A stretch of DNA of 64,000 nucleotides from contig CP166615.1 of NCBI GenBank assembly GCA_041937175.2, positions 32,001-96,000 on the forward strand, in the 5' to 3' direction. Positions 20,312 to 31,066 of the stretch are shown piece by piece. The translations under genes and the position numbers were made by a program. The DNA comes from Limnothrix sp. BL-A-16. GTDB taxonomy: Bacteria > Cyanobacteriota > Cyanobacteriia > CACIAM-69d. The notes below the pieces were generated by a model. The model had not been told where the DNA came from and did no database searches. It worked only from the letters and a program-made list of their open reading frames with translations. How positions within the stretch are numbered: position 1 is the stretch's first letter; every line of letters starts with the position of its first letter.

Positions 20312-21406
20312 ATGGCTGAACAATATTTGCTCGATAAGCTGCAATCCGTTGAGCAAACCTTTAATGAGTTAACCCGCCGCCTTGCGGATCCTGACGTTGC
20401 CACGGATCCGACAGAATTTCAGCGAGTGGCCAAGGCGCGATCGTCCTTGGAAGAGACGGTGGCAACCTATGACGCATGGAAAACGGCCGTCAGCGATTTG
20501 GAAGGGGCCCGCGAGATCCTGAAGGAGTCGGGTGATGACCCGGAGTTGCGGGAAATGGCGCAACTGGAAGTGGAAGATTTGAACGATCGGGTCGCCCAGT
20601 TGGAATATCAACTGAAAATTTTGCTGTTGCCCCGTGACCCCAATGATGACAAAAACATCATGTTGGAAATTCGGGCCGGCACGGGTGGCGATGAGGCCTG
20701 TATCTGGGCGGGCGATTTGCTGCGAATGTATTCCCGCTATGCCACAACTCAAGGCTGGAAGGTGGCCTTGGTGAGCGAGTCGCTGTCGGAGGCAGGCGGC
20801 TTCAAGGAAGTGATCCTGGAAGTGCAGGGCGATCGGGTTTACAGCAAGCTGAAGTATGAAGCGGGTGTTCACCGGGTGCAGCGCGTGCCGGCCACGGAAG
20901 CGGGCGGCCGGGTACACACTTCCACAGCCACTGTGGCAATTATGCCGGAGGTGGACGAAGTGGAAGTTCACATCGACCCGAAGGACATTGAGCTAACCAC
21001 GGCGCGATCGGGCGGGGCCGGTGGCCAAAACGTGAACAAGGTGGAAACCGCCGCCGACCTGTACCACAAGCCGACGGGCATTCGGGTGTTTTGTACGGAG
21101 GAGCGATCGCAGCTCAAGAACAAGGAGCGGGCCATGCAAATCCTGCGGGCTAAGCTCTACGAAATGAAGATGCGAGAACAACAGGAGGCGGTGACCTCTG
21201 CCCGGCGATTGCAGGTGGGCAGCGGTTCCCGATCGGAAAAAATTCGCACCTACAACTACAAAGACAATCGCGTGACCGATCACCGTCTGGGCCAAAACTT
21301 CACCCTCACGGCGGCCCTGGAAGGTGACATTGACGAGATGGTTCAGTCTTGCATCACCCAAGATCAACAGGCCCAATTGGAAGAGCTGGCAGCCCAGGTT
21401 GGTTAA
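20312..21406 (+). CDS. prfA: Peptide chain release factor 1
   Basis: [16 protein letters not shown] and EIRAGTGG motifs. Confidence 0.97.
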   Translation: MAEQYLLDKLQSVEQTFNELTRRLADPDVATDPTEFQRVAKARSSLEETVATYDAWKTAVSDLEGAREILKESGDDPELREMAQLEVEDLNDRVAQLEYQLKILLLPRDPNDDKNIMLEIRAGTGGDEACIWAGDLLRMYSRYATTQGWKVALVSESLSEAGGFKEVILEVQGDRVYSKLKYEAGVHRVQRVPATEAGGRVHTSTATVAIMPEVDEVEVHIDPKDIELTTARSGGAGGQNVNKVETAADLYHKPTGIRVFCTEERSQLKNKERAMQILRAKLYEMKMREQQEAVTSARRLQVGSGSRSEKIRTYNYKDNRVTDHRLGQNFTLTAALEGDIDEMVQSCITQDQQAQLEELAAQVG

Positions 21407-21434
21407 CGTTATTGAGTTGTTTGCACCCGTAACC

Positions 21435-22163
21435 ATGTCCTGGCAACGTCCCGACGGTCGATCGCCCGACCAGCTCCGCCCCGTTCGATTCCAGCGCAAT
21501 TTCACCAAATATGCCGCCGGGTCAGTGCTGGCCTGTTGCGGTGACACGCAGGTGATTTGCACCGTGTCTGTGCAGTCCGGTGTGCCACGCTGGCTGGCGG
21601 ATTCAGGCCAGGGTTGGCTGACGGCGGAATATCGAATGATGCCGGGGGCCACGCCCGATCGCCAATCGCGGGAAACCTTCAAGCTGTCCGGGCGCACCCA
21701 AGAAATTCAGCGGCTGATTGGGCGGAGTTTGCGGGCGGCGGTGGATTTGCGGGGTTTGGGGGAGCGCACCCTGGCGATCGATGCGGACGTGTTGCAGGCC
21801 GATGCGGGCACGCGCACCACGGCGATCACGGGCTGTTATGTGGCGCTGGTGGATGCGTTGCGGTCGCTGGTGGATGCTGGGGAGTTGGCCGAGTTGCCGA
21901 TCGTCTCGCCCGTGGCGGCCGTTTCCGTGGGGTTGATCGAGGGAGCCGCCTATCTGGATTTGAACTACCCGGAAGATGTGGCCGCCGATGTGGACTTCAA
22001 CGTGGTGATGAACGGCGAGGGTAATTTAATTGAGGTTCAGGGCACGGCGGAATCGGGTAGCTACAGCCGATCGCAACTGAATGCGCTGCTGGATTTGGCC
22101 GAAAAGGGCATCGGTAAATTGATGGCGGCCCAAGCGGCGGCTCTTGCCGACTCAAATGGTTAA
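21435..22163 (+). CDS. rph: Ribonuclease PH
   Basis: RPDGR...GWLTAEY...[16 protein letters not shown]...[14 protein letters not shown] at 21435. Confidence 0.96.
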   Translation: MSWQRPDGRSPDQLRPVRFQRNFTKYAAGSVLACCGDTQVICTVSVQSGVPRWLADSGQGWLTAEYRMMPGATPDRQSRETFKLSGRTQEIQRLIGRSLRAAVDLRGLGERTLAIDADVLQADAGTRTTAITGCYVALVDALRSLVDAGELAELPIVSPVAAVSVGLIEGAAYLDLNYPEDVAADVDFNVVMNGEGNLIEVQGTAESGSYSRSQLNALLDLAEKGIGKLMAAQAAALADSNG

Positions 22164-22175
22164 GAATTAAAGTTT

Positions 22176-22532
22176 TCAGGCGATCGCATAGCCTGAAAAT
22201 TGGCGGAAATGAGGTGGATGAAACCCAATCACAATATCTTCTTTGGGAATACCTCGTTCAACCAAATTCTGAGCAATATCCAGCTCGGTGTTATTGGCCT
22301 GGATCCAGATCTTGCCTTGTTTTAGATCCAGGTGGATTGAGCAACCATAAATTCTTTGTTTGTTGTACCAGCCGATCGCCAAAACCTGGTAGTGATCATG
22401 CTCGCTGTCAAACAGGGTTTGAATTTCGATGTCGCCATAAGATGGCTTATAGGCTGCATAGTCTGTCAGAAGCTGCCTAATTACAGCTCGATAGGCTTGC
22501 AGTTTCTCTGTCTCTGAATTTAAGGCTTCCAT
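22176..22532 (-). CDS. XisI family protein
   Basis: FDSEHDHYQ..GW...IHLDLKQGKIWIQ...GIPKEDIVIGFH. Confidence 0.92.
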   Translation of the reverse strand: MEALNSETEKLQAYRAVIRQLLTDYAAYKPSYGDIEIQTLFDSEHDHYQVLAIGWYNKQRIYGCSIHLDLKQGKIWIQANNTELDIAQNLVERGIPKEDIVIGFHPPHFRQFSGYAIA

Positions 22533-22933
22533 TCAAGAATTACCTCACTATCAACGTCGTAAACCAAGAATTTAAGTTGATATTTCTCAATCACCATCTG
22601 TGGAAATGCTTTTTGAAAAAAGGTTTCATAGGCCGTATCAGGAATAGCTAGAAAGAGTTCTCGCTGTGGCTCAAAAACCTCTAGTGCAACTCGATAATTG
22701 ATAAATTGTCCAATTGCAAGATGAAAATCAGAAAGGCCAGAAGTATTTATAAAGCTCTTGATTTCAATGGCAATTTTATGATTATCACGTTCAGCGGCGA
22801 GTAATTTTTCTGCCCCGAGATCAATGAAAAAATCAACTCCGCCAACTTTTAAAAATAGAGGATCATTTGTAATAGTCCACCCATCTTTGATCAAGGCTGT
22901 TTTAACTACGTTATGAAATAGGTCTCTGGCCAT
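22520..22933 (-). CDS. XisH family protein
   Basis: MARDLFHNVVKTALIKDGWTITNDP...IDLGAEKLLAAE...IAIEIKSF; overlaps the XisI start. Confidence 0.92.
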   Translation of the reverse strand: MARDLFHNVVKTALIKDGWTITNDPLFLKVGGVDFFIDLGAEKLLAAERDNHKIAIEIKSFINTSGLSDFHLAIGQFINYRVALEVFEPQRELFLAIPDTAYETFFQKAFPQMVIEKYQLKFLVYDVDSEVILEWKP

Positions 22934-23142
22934 TTTGTTGTGATGGTTGAGGCGGAGGTTTCCCGGTGAATGACTGGCGTGATGATGAGTCTGCGCTTGA
23001 CTGAATTTTAATCGATCGATTGTGGCAACTCGATCGATCAGTGGTGGGGGCAAGGGGTTTAAACCCCTTGTCTGTTGATGGTGTCGCGGGGTGTTGCTGG
23101 TCAGTGGAACAATAGAAACCTGTTCGCGATCGCTGAGGACTT

Positions 23143-23835
23143 ATGGCGCAGGTTTTGGTGCTGACGAATGATGACGGGTACGATGCGCCGGGGATTGCCG
23201 CGCTCGATCGCGCTGTTACGGAGTTGCAGTTAGGGTCAGTACGGTGGGTTGCCCCTGCTAATGAACAGTCGGGCTGTGGTCACCAGATTAATAACCATCG
23301 CCTGCTGGCGGTACAGGAGCGCGATCGCGGGTTCTCCGTGGCGGGCACACCGGCCGACTGTGTGCGGTTAGCGGTGAGCGAACTGGTTCCCGAGGTGAGC
23401 TTGGTGCTGTCGGGCATTAACGCGGGCGGCAACCTGGGCACGGATGTTTATAACTCGGGTACGGTGGCGGCCGCTCGGGAAGCAACGCTGCAAGGCCGGC
23501 GGGCGATCGCCCTGTCGCACTGGATCCGGCGGCCCCTGGAAATCGATTGGGACTGGGCGGCTCAGCAGGCGGTGCGGGTGTTGCCGTTGCTGCTCGATCG
23601 GCCCTGGGAGCCTGGCAGTTTCTGGAATGTGAATTTCCCGCATCTCGACCCCGGTGCTCCCGATCCCGAAATCGTGTTTTGTGAGCCTTCCCGTGACCCG
23701 GTTCCACCGATTTATCGGCGCACAGGAGAGGGCTATCAGTACAGCGGCACCTATGGTGGTCGCCCCCAAACGCCGGGAACCGACGTAGCTGTTTGCTTTG
23801 GCGGCGCGATCGCCATTACGCAGTTGCGGGTTTAG
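23143..23835 (+). CDS. surE: 5'/3'-nucleotidase SurE
   Basis: LTNDDG..APGI, GTPADC, SGINAGGNLG and SGTVAAA. Confidence 0.93.
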   Translation: MAQVLVLTNDDGYDAPGIAALDRAVTELQLGSVRWVAPANEQSGCGHQINNHRLLAVQERDRGFSVAGTPADCVRLAVSELVPEVSLVLSGINAGGNLGTDVYNSGTVAAAREATLQGRRAIALSHWIRRPLEIDWDWAAQQAVRVLPLLLDRPWEPGSFWNVNFPHLDPGAPDPEIVFCEPSRDPVPPIYRRTGEGYQYSGTYGGRPQTPGTDVAVCFGGAIAITQLRV

Positions 23836-23895
23836 GGAGTCGATCGCGGGCGATCGCTAAAATTGAAACAGCTCATCCCCCATGCGAGGCTGGTT

Positions 23896-24465
23896 ATGGT
23901 GCTTGCTGTCTCCCGCGATCGGGCCCTGTCGCTGGCTGAGTTTCTCGCATTGCCCGAAACTCAACCGGCCAGCGAATACATCAACGGCCAGGTTCATCAG
24001 AAGCCAATGCCACAAGGTCAGCACAGCTACTTGCAATCAGAACTTACTGCGGTGCTGAACAGTGTTTTGCGCAAAGCACGCATTGCTAGAGCCGGTGCAG
24101 AATTGCGTTGCACCTTCGGGGGGCGTGTGCTTGTGCCCGATATCGTGGTGGTCAAATGGGATCGAATTCCTCGCCAATCCGATGGCCGAGTCGCCAACAG
24201 TTTCGATTTTGCACCCGATTGGATTGTGGAGATTGCGTCACCACAACAGCCCTTGATTCGGCTGATCGAAAAGATGCAGTTTTGTTTGGATCAGGGCACA
24301 GAAATGGCTTGGTTGATTGACCCGGAGGATCTGTCGGTGTTGGTCTATCAAGCAGGGCGATCGCCTCGGGCTTTCGTAGACTTGGGCGATCGCCTGCCCG
24401 TGCCTGATTTTGCCCAAGGGGTGGCACTGATGATTGAGGATCTACAGAGCTTTTTGCTGGATTAG
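23896..24465 (+). CDS. Uma2 family endonuclease (different subfamily)
   Basis: LPETQPASEYING...KPMPQGQHS...ELRCTFGGR..VPD...APDWIVEI. Confidence 0.9.
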   Translation: MVLAVSRDRALSLAEFLALPETQPASEYINGQVHQKPMPQGQHSYLQSELTAVLNSVLRKARIARAGAELRCTFGGRVLVPDIVVVKWDRIPRQSDGRVANSFDFAPDWIVEIASPQQPLIRLIEKMQFCLDQGTEMAWLIDPEDLSVLVYQAGRSPRAFVDLGDRLPVPDFAQGVALMIEDLQSFLLD

Positions 24466-24559
24466 CCCAATTAAAGATGGTTCAGTTTTCCTGAATTTGA
24501 CCTGCCATTTTGAGTTGAAATGGCTCAAGTGATTCATTGGAGATTAATAGGAAACTGAC

Positions 24560-24886
24560 CTAATTCTTGGATGCTTCTAATTCTGCTTTCATGCGCTCCA
24601 AGGTGATGTGCATTTGATCAAACATCATTTGAGGAGTCATACCAAATTGCGAGAGGTGGGTTTTTAGTTGTTCCACTTGCATTTTGGCCATGAAGTCATC
24701 TGATAATTCAAATCGCTTCATGAAAATCCGATAGCGATCGAGCACGGTTTCCATCTGTTCGATGTAAAGTCGCTTTCCTTCGCGATCGAACTTGCCGTAG
24801 TCGCCTCCAAGCTGCACTAGGGATTGATAAGTGCCAAAAATTTCCCTAGCTTCCTGTTGGACAATTTCAGAATCAAAAATGCTCAT
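24560..24886 (-). CDS. DUF1825 family protein
   Basis: FDSEIVQQEA...YGKFDREGK...RYRIFMKRFELSDDF. Confidence 0.85.
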   Translation of the reverse strand: MSIFDSEIVQQEAREIFGTYQSLVQLGGDYGKFDREGKRLYIEQMETVLDRYRIFMKRFELSDDFMAKMQVEQLKTHLSQFGMTPQMMFDQMHITLERMKAELEASKN

Positions 24887-25340
24887 GTTTTATGCCTGGG
24901 TCATTGTTAACACCCATTTGTCTTTGATCTTAGCCGATTCTCCTCTGAGGCAAAACGCCCACCCAGTCGAGAGATCCGAACTTGAACGATCGGACTTTGC
25001 GTAGAGAAATTAGGGCAGTGAACAGGGGCGATCGATGGCTGGTTTGCTCGGTCTGCGGTTTCAATGGGTGTTCAATGGGGGTAACCGATGTTGCTTTGGC
25101 GCGCGCCGCCCCTCGACCCGCCAATTTGCCAACTATGATGAACAATGTGCGCAACATCGCTGTCACCAACTCAGCCAAGGGAGTTCAAGACCGGTGCTTA
25201 GTCCCCAGAGTGGCTTAGGCTTGGAAACGTCCAGCACTCTATTGTTGCCCTGTTTTTCCTTGCTTTTTCTGCGTTTCGTTGCTGAATCCGTTGTCTAACG
25301 AGTAACTTCCATTGCCAGCCAGTTAACTGAGGAGAGAACC

Positions 25341-25745
25341 ATGACGGAAGTGGCAGGAACCTTAACCCGACCCCGCAAGCGGACAATGGCCGTGGCCCTG
25401 GCCCTCACTTGTTTTGTGGTTCCCTTTGCATCAGGGTTGCACAAGTTCTATTTGCGGCAACGATGGTGGGGCGTGGCCTATTTTCTATTTTTTTGGACGA
25501 TGATTCCCCAAATTGCCAGCGCGATCGAGGCCATTTGGTATCTTTCCCAAGACCAAGAAGAGTTCGATCGCAACTTTAATAAAGGGCTACCGGCTGCCCA
25601 ACGAACTGTTACGGTTACTGTGCAACCGGAGCGGGTAAATGCGGTGGGGGATGCCCTGCGAGAGTTGGATCGACTTCGCCAAGAAGGATTAATTTCTGAG
25701 GCAGAGTTTGAACAAAAACGCCGTCTGCTGCTCGATCAGATTTAG
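25341..25745 (+). CDS. NINE/TM2-domain membrane protein with C-terminal SHOCT
   Basis: GLHKFYL...WGVAY...EEFDRNFN and LRELDRLRQEGLISEAEFEQKR. Confidence 0.85.
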   Translation: MTEVAGTLTRPRKRTMAVALALTCFVVPFASGLHKFYLRQRWWGVAYFLFFWTMIPQIASAIEAIWYLSQDQEEFDRNFNKGLPAAQRTVTVTVQPERVNAVGDALRELDRLRQEGLISEAEFEQKRRLLLDQI

Positions 25746-25959
25746 ACTGACTGTCATCAATCTTGCTTGAATCTAGACCCAATTTTGAGCATTAAGTTTT
25801 GAACATCCGTTCCATCATGATTCAATCTCAATTTAACAGTAACTTGGTCTTGGGTTTGACTTTGATCATAAGCTAGTAGCAACTTGGTTTCAGAGGATGT
25901 CTGAAAAGCCAGAACTGATACTCTGTATGCCCGATCGATCACCGGAAATAAGGGGCTTA

Positions 25960-26101
25960 GGGCCTGTTGTCAAATCGCCTGAGACCCTGATTTCACTGTT
26001 GGCGGATCGTGGGGGCAAGGGGCTTAAGCCCCTTGTCTAGGGTGGCCAGAGTATGGAAGATCAACCGTTTTCACTGGATCACAGAAAATAACGACAGGCC
26101 C
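25960..26101 (+). mobile_element. MITE copy B, inserted in a degenerate copy of the central palindrome
   Basis: GGGCCTGTTGTC ... ACGACAGGCCC; flanked by AAGGGGCTTA on the left and TTCAGTCCCTTG on the right. Confidence 0.78.
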
Positions 26102-26231
26102 TTCAGTCCCTTGCTGCCACGACTATTGGTGCTTAGTTCGGGCCGAAAGATCCTTTTCAGACATCCTCTTAGACTGTTCAAAATCTCAGTAGCTCAAATT
26201 TAGCAAGATCACTTAATTACCATAATTTCTG

Positions 26232-26822
26232 TTGACTGCTGTGCCTCAATTTTCTTCTCAAAATCCGATACTGAATTGGCTGACAGCGCCCTTTCAGCCT
26301 GCGAACCCAGCCCTGAAGGCAGCTCGCAGCAAAATCGCACATGATCCGTTTTGCCGATTAAATTCTGCATTGGAAGTGGCTGTGGCGGCCGAGATGGGCA
26401 TTGCAATTGATGCTAATCGCGCCAGTATTGACGATTGGTTACGATTACCGGGGCTGTCGATTCGGCAAGCCACCTTGCTGACTCAATTGAGTGCGAGTGG
26501 AGTGGTGTTTTACGGATTAGAAGACCTGGCTGCTGCTTTGGGGGTAACGGTGGCGCAGTTAGAGCCTTGGACACCGGTTCTGCGGTTTTATTTTTACGAT
26601 CCGGAGGCGGCTTCTTTTCAACGAACCTTGGATGCTAATCATGCTACGGTTGATGAATTGGAGCGGCTGCCGGGTGTCGATCGCGCCTTGGCAGAACGGA
26701 TGATTCGCGATCGCCAAGAGCGGGGTGCTTTTCGCAGCTTAATTGACTTAAAACGCCGCTTAAATTTATCTGGTGAACTGCTCGGAGAATTAATGCACTA
26801 TTTGCGGTTTCCAACGTCTTAG
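26232..26822 (+). CDS. ComEA-like helix-hairpin-helix DNA-binding protein
   Basis: IDANRASIDDWLRLPGL and DANHATVDELERLPGV HhH repeats. Confidence 0.85.
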   Translation: MTAVPQFSSQNPILNWLTAPFQPANPALKAARSKIAHDPFCRLNSALEVAVAAEMGIAIDANRASIDDWLRLPGLSIRQATLLTQLSASGVVFYGLEDLAAALGVTVAQLEPWTPVLRFYFYDPEAASFQRTLDANHATVDELERLPGVDRALAERMIRDRQERGAFRSLIDLKRRLNLSGELLGELMHYLRFPTS

Positions 26823-26993
26823 ATGATGTTTGTTTTAAGAAAATAAATTGAAAAATGTGATTTAAAAAATCCTGGTCGAACAATAATTGTGAATAACAAT
26901 TGATCGAAAATATTTTTATGAAAATGTTGTTGATACAAAATCTTTAAAATAACATTTACTTTAAAATAACATTTATCAGATGAGATTGATGAG

Positions 26994-27689
26994 ATGAACT
27001 TAATTGATAATTGGCCAAAAACGACAGAAGCCGCCAAAGAAGTTCAAAACCAACTGCGCGATCAAGTGATTTTGCAAGATCAATTCTCTGCCCCAAAATT
27101 GATTGGGGGCGCTGATGTGGGATTTGAAGAAAATGGCGCGATCGCCCGTGCAGCCGTTGTGGTTTTGAGCTTTCCCAGCTTGGAGCGGATCGAATTCGCG
27201 ATCGCCCGAACTCCCACACCCTTTCCCTATGTGCCGGGATTTTTATCTTTTCGAGAAGTGCCAGTGATTTTGCAAGCTTTTGATCAGCTTCAGCAAAAAC
27301 CCGATCTGATTTTGTGTGATGGTCAAGGCTATGCTCACCCGCGCCGGTTTGGGTTAGCTTGTCACTTGGGATTGTTGTTGAATCTGCCAACCATCGGTGT
27401 CGCAAAATCCCACTTGATTGGAACCCACGAGCCGCTAGATTTGGCGAAGGGAAGTTGGCAACCTTTGATCGATCGCGAAGAAACCATTGGCGCAATTGTC
27501 CGATCGCGCCACAATTGTCGGCCGCTTTATGTTTCCTCGGGGCATCGAGTGAGTTTGCCCACGGCGATCGAGTTGGTTTTGAATTGTACCCCGCGCTATC
27601 GACTGCCAGAAACCACCCGCTGGGCCGACGCGATCGCCTCTCAACGGGGGTCTTTCAAGGATCCTGGATCCGATAAGGTCAACCCATAG
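26994..27689 (+). CDS. nfi: Endonuclease V
   Basis: GADV, FPYVPGFLSFRE, DGQGYAHPRRFGLA, GVAKS and PLYVSSGH. Confidence 0.95.
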   Translation: MNLIDNWPKTTEAAKEVQNQLRDQVILQDQFSAPKLIGGADVGFEENGAIARAAVVVLSFPSLERIEFAIARTPTPFPYVPGFLSFREVPVILQAFDQLQQKPDLILCDGQGYAHPRRFGLACHLGLLLNLPTIGVAKSHLIGTHEPLDLAKGSWQPLIDREETIGAIVRSRHNCRPLYVSSGHRVSLPTAIELVLNCTPRYRLPETTRWADAIASQRGSFKDPGSDKVNP

Positions 27690-27873
27690 CCAAGTACAAG
27701 TAATCGTCAATCAACCCTGATTCGATCCTGACTCAAAATATTGCTGCGATATTAATTTATTGTTTTAGGTGTTGTTTTAGGTATTGTTTTAGGCGATTTT
27801 TGCAATGATGAGCTGGCGATGAACTCAAGGGGCTTGCTGAGCGATTTTTGAATTTCTGGGCCTAAATTTCAAG

Positions 27874-29070
27874 CTAAATTTCAAACTTCAGTTCTCGCAA
27901 AGTTTGGCGAATTCGCTCTGCTTCTGGTGACTGCTGTTGATCATATAATTCAACGGCTGTCTTGAAAGCTTTCAGGCTTTCGGGTACATTGCCCCCTTTT
28001 AAGAAAGCCGCGCCTAAATTTTGGTGAAACTCAGGTTTTTTGGGATCAAGCTCAATCGCTTTTTGATAATGCTCGATCGCCTCCACAGTACGGTTCATTG
28101 CGCGCAGGTTTGAACCCAAATTGTAATGGGCGATCGCAAAGTTGGGGTCAATGATAACTGCTTTACGATAGCTCTCATAGGCCGCCTGTAGGTTTCCTTT
28201 TTGGCGGTAAAGATTGCCTAAATTGATCAAAGAACCTAATTTCAAAATTGGTAATACTGGTTGACGCAAAGCCGCACGGTAATGGGCTTGGGCTAGATCG
28301 AGATTCTGTTGTTGATTATAAAAAATTGCCAGATGATAGTGCAGCTCATATAAAACTTCGGACATTTTCTCTTGTTCTGCCCGCTTGAGTCCGGTTTTTA
28401 AGAGTGCAATTCCCTGCTCGGGTTCCCCTAAGTCGATGAGAAGGGCCCCCAACTTGCTACAAACATAGGGATCCTCTGGATTTGCTTTCCAAAAAACTTC
28501 CATGGCAGCCTTGGCCCGATCGGCTTTGGAAGCACTGGCAATCCGATCGAGCCGATAACCATCGTGATCGATGGCCGGCATCGAAAGGGACACAATTTTC
28601 CAGTGGGGTTCCTGTTGCAAAAGTCGCACCACACTGTCATCAATAATGGCGTGGTAGGGGCGATCGAACTGAATTTCAGGATGCCGCCGAAACAAACGCG
28701 AGACCAGAGAATAGGGCGATTGCACTGCGCCCAATTCTCGACGCACCAAATTCACCACCAAATGCTCGGGATAGCTAACCGCTTCGCGAATCGGTTCGAT
28801 CGCTTCCGGCAGCAACCACTCATCCGCGTCCAACACCAACACCCAATCGCTCTCGATTTGTGCCAAAGCTGCATTTCGAGCGGCCGCAAAATCATTACAC
28901 CAATCGAAAAAAGCCACCCGCGCCCCATGCGATCGGGCCCGCTCAACGGTGTCATCGGTGGAACCCGTATCTAACACTAAAATTTCATCCACACAGTCGT
29001 GCACACTGTTGAGGCAGCGATCGATCTGATGGGCTTCATTTTTGACAATGAGCGATAAACAGATACTCAT
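27874..29070 (-). CDS. Family 2 glycosyltransferase with C-terminal TPR repeats
   Basis: SLIVKNE, DTGSTD, DFAAARN and LDADE; TPR motifs such as AHYNLG. Confidence 0.9.
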   Translation of the reverse strand: MSICLSLIVKNEAHQIDRCLNSVHDCVDEILVLDTGSTDDTVERARSHGARVAFFDWCNDFAAARNAALAQIESDWVLVLDADEWLLPEAIEPIREAVSYPEHLVVNLVRRELGAVQSPYSLVSRLFRRHPEIQFDRPYHAIIDDSVVRLLQQEPHWKIVSLSMPAIDHDGYRLDRIASASKADRAKAAMEVFWKANPEDPYVCSKLGALLIDLGEPEQGIALLKTGLKRAEQEKMSEVLYELHYHLAIFYNQQQNLDLAQAHYRAALRQPVLPILKLGSLINLGNLYRQKGNLQAAYESYRKAVIIDPNFAIAHYNLGSNLRAMNRTVEAIEHYQKAIELDPKKPEFHQNLGAAFLKGGNVPESLKAFKTAVELYDQQQSPEAERIRQTLRELKFEI

Positions 29071-29287
29071 GGCCGAAACACCGCGTGTAAATCTGAAGGG
29101 TAGATAATGCCGTTAAAATAACGAGATGATCGTTTGATCTTCGTCAATCTGGTCACTGATCTGATGCTGATCGATTCCAGATCGAACCAGATCTTAATCA
29201 GTCCTTAAATTGCAGTTTGCGCGCAATTTCCAATCACAACCTCCCGCTTTCATACTGGCTAAATCGTTTTCTAAATTGTCTCATCCT

Positions 29288-31066
29288 ATGCCCCAAGACG
29301 TTCCACTCGGCTCAGTCATTCAAGGTTCCCTTAGCGAAGGGCTGGAGGTGCGGCTCCATGCCGATGTTTCCGTGGAAGAGATGCGAGTGGGCAAATTTTT
29401 GGTGGTGCGGGGGCGACGATCGCACTTTTTTTGCATGTTAACCGATGTGGCGTTGGGAACCTCCAGCCAACGAATTACGATCGATCCGCCCCATCCCGAT
29501 GATGATTTTTTGCGCGATGTGCTGGCCGGTAGTGGCACGTTTGGGACGATCGAACTCGCGCCCATGCTGATGTTTGTGCCCCAAGCAGAGATGGATTGGG
29601 AAAATTTGCCCCTACCCGATCGCTTGGCTCCGGAACCTGCCCGATCGGCCCGTAAAAACGGCAAAGCTAAGGACAAAAACGGCAACCAAGCATCCAGTAA
29701 TTTAGCCTCCTTTGCGGCTAACCGCGATGCCAATTTGGAATTGTTGCCCGTGAAAACCATTCCTAGTCACTTCTCGCAGGTCTATGAAGCGAGCGATCGG
29801 GACTTTCGGATTGTGTTTGGTTGGGAAGACGATGCCCAGCGCCGAAATTTTGCGATTGGTATGCCGATCGATACTGATGTGCCCGTTTGCATCGACCTCG
29901 ATCGGTTTGTGGAGCGCAGTAACGGCGTTTTTGGGAAATCAGGAACCGGGAAATCATTCCTCACCCGTCTGCTGTTGGCGGGCACAATTCGCAAGCAAGT
30001 GGCGGTGAACCTCATCTTTGATATGCATTCGGAATATGGCTGGGAAGCCATGCGCGAAGGCAAAGGCATCAACACCGTCAAAGGCTTGCGCCAACTTTTT
30101 CCGGGGCAAGTGGAAATTTACACCCTTGATCCGGAATCCACCAAGCGCCGAGGTGTGCGCGATGCCCGAGAACTCTACATCAGCTATGACCAAATTGATG
30201 TGGAAGATTTGATGCTGGTGAGTGCGGAACTGAATCTTTCCGAAGCCAGCGTTGAAAATGCAATTATTCTGCAAAATGAATTTGGCAAATCTTGGATTTC
30301 ACGGCTCCTGAGCATGACCAATGAGGAAATTCAGGATTTTTGCGAAACCAAAATGGGTAGCAAATCTTCGATTATGGCGCTGCAACGGAAGTTGAACCGC
30401 CTTGATCAGATCAAATATATGAGAAATGCTGGCTCGGATTATATCAAGCAAATTTTAGATTCTCTGGAAGCCGGAAAGCACGTTATTATCGAATTTGGTT
30501 CCCAGTCAAATATGTTGGCTTATATGCTAGCCACCAATATTATTTCTCGCCGGATTCATGGCATCTATATGCGCAAAGCTGAGCGGTTCCTGCAAACCAA
30601 AGATCCCAACGACAAACCCCGCCAACTGATGATCACCATTGAGGAAGCACACCGATTCCTTGACCCCGCCACCGCCAAGCAAACTATTTTCGGCACGATC
30701 GCCCGTGAAATGCGGAAATATTTTGTCACCTTGCTGGTGGTTGATCAGCGTCCCTCGGGGATTGATAACGAGGTAATGTCGCAAATTGGAACCAGAATCA
30801 CGGCTCTGTTGAATGACGAAAAAGATATTGAAGCCATCTTTACCGGTGTGGCAGGAGGGCAAAGCCTGCGATCGGTTTTGGCCAAACTGGATTCTAAACA
30901 ACAGGCCCTAGTTTTGGGCCATGCCGTGCCCATGCCTGTGGTGGTTAGAACTCGTCCCTATGATGAGAAGTTCTATGCGGAAATTGGCGATACTTTTTGG
31001 GAAGAACTGCCCGATGAAATCGCGATCGCGGAAGGGGACAAAGCCAAGGCTGATTTGGGATTTTAA
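29288..31066 (+). CDS. HerA/FtsK-like ATPase (DUF87)
   Basis: Walker A GKSGTGKS, FDMHSEY, IEEAHRF, REMRKY and DQRPS. Confidence 0.9.
   Translation: MPQDVPLGSVIQGSLSEGLEVRLHADVSVEEMRVGKFLVVRGRRSHFFCMLTDVALGTSSQRITIDPPHPDDDFLRDVLAGSGTFGTIELAPMLMFVPQAEMDWENLPLPDRLAPEPARSARKNGKAKDKNGNQASSNLASFAANRDANLELLPVKTIPSHFSQVYEASDRDFRIVFGWEDDAQRRNFAIGMPIDTDVPVCIDLDRFVERSNGVFGKSGTGKSFLTRLLLAGTIRKQVAVNLIFDMHSEYGWEAMREGKGINTVKGLRQLFPGQVEIYTLDPESTKRRGVRDARELYISYDQIDVEDLMLVSAELNLSEASVENAIILQNEFGKSWISRLLSMTNEEIQDFCETKMGSKSSIMALQRKLNRLDQIKYMRNAGSDYIKQILDSLEAGKHVIIEFGSQSNMLAYMLATNIISRRIHGIYMRKAERFLQTKDPNDKPRQLMITIEEAHRFLDPATAKQTIFGTIAREMRKYFVTLLVVDQRPSGIDNEVMSQIGTRITALLNDEKDIEAIFTGVAGGQSLRSVLAKLDSKQQALVLGHAVPMPVVVRTRPYDEKFYAEIGDTFWEELPDEIAIAEGDKAKADLGF

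Noticed and set aside
29288..31066. HerA ATPase as a defence system (Sir2-HerA, Nezha)
   Set aside because: No partner nuclease or sirtuin is adjacent, composition is host-like, and it resembles the conserved cyanobacterial HerA.
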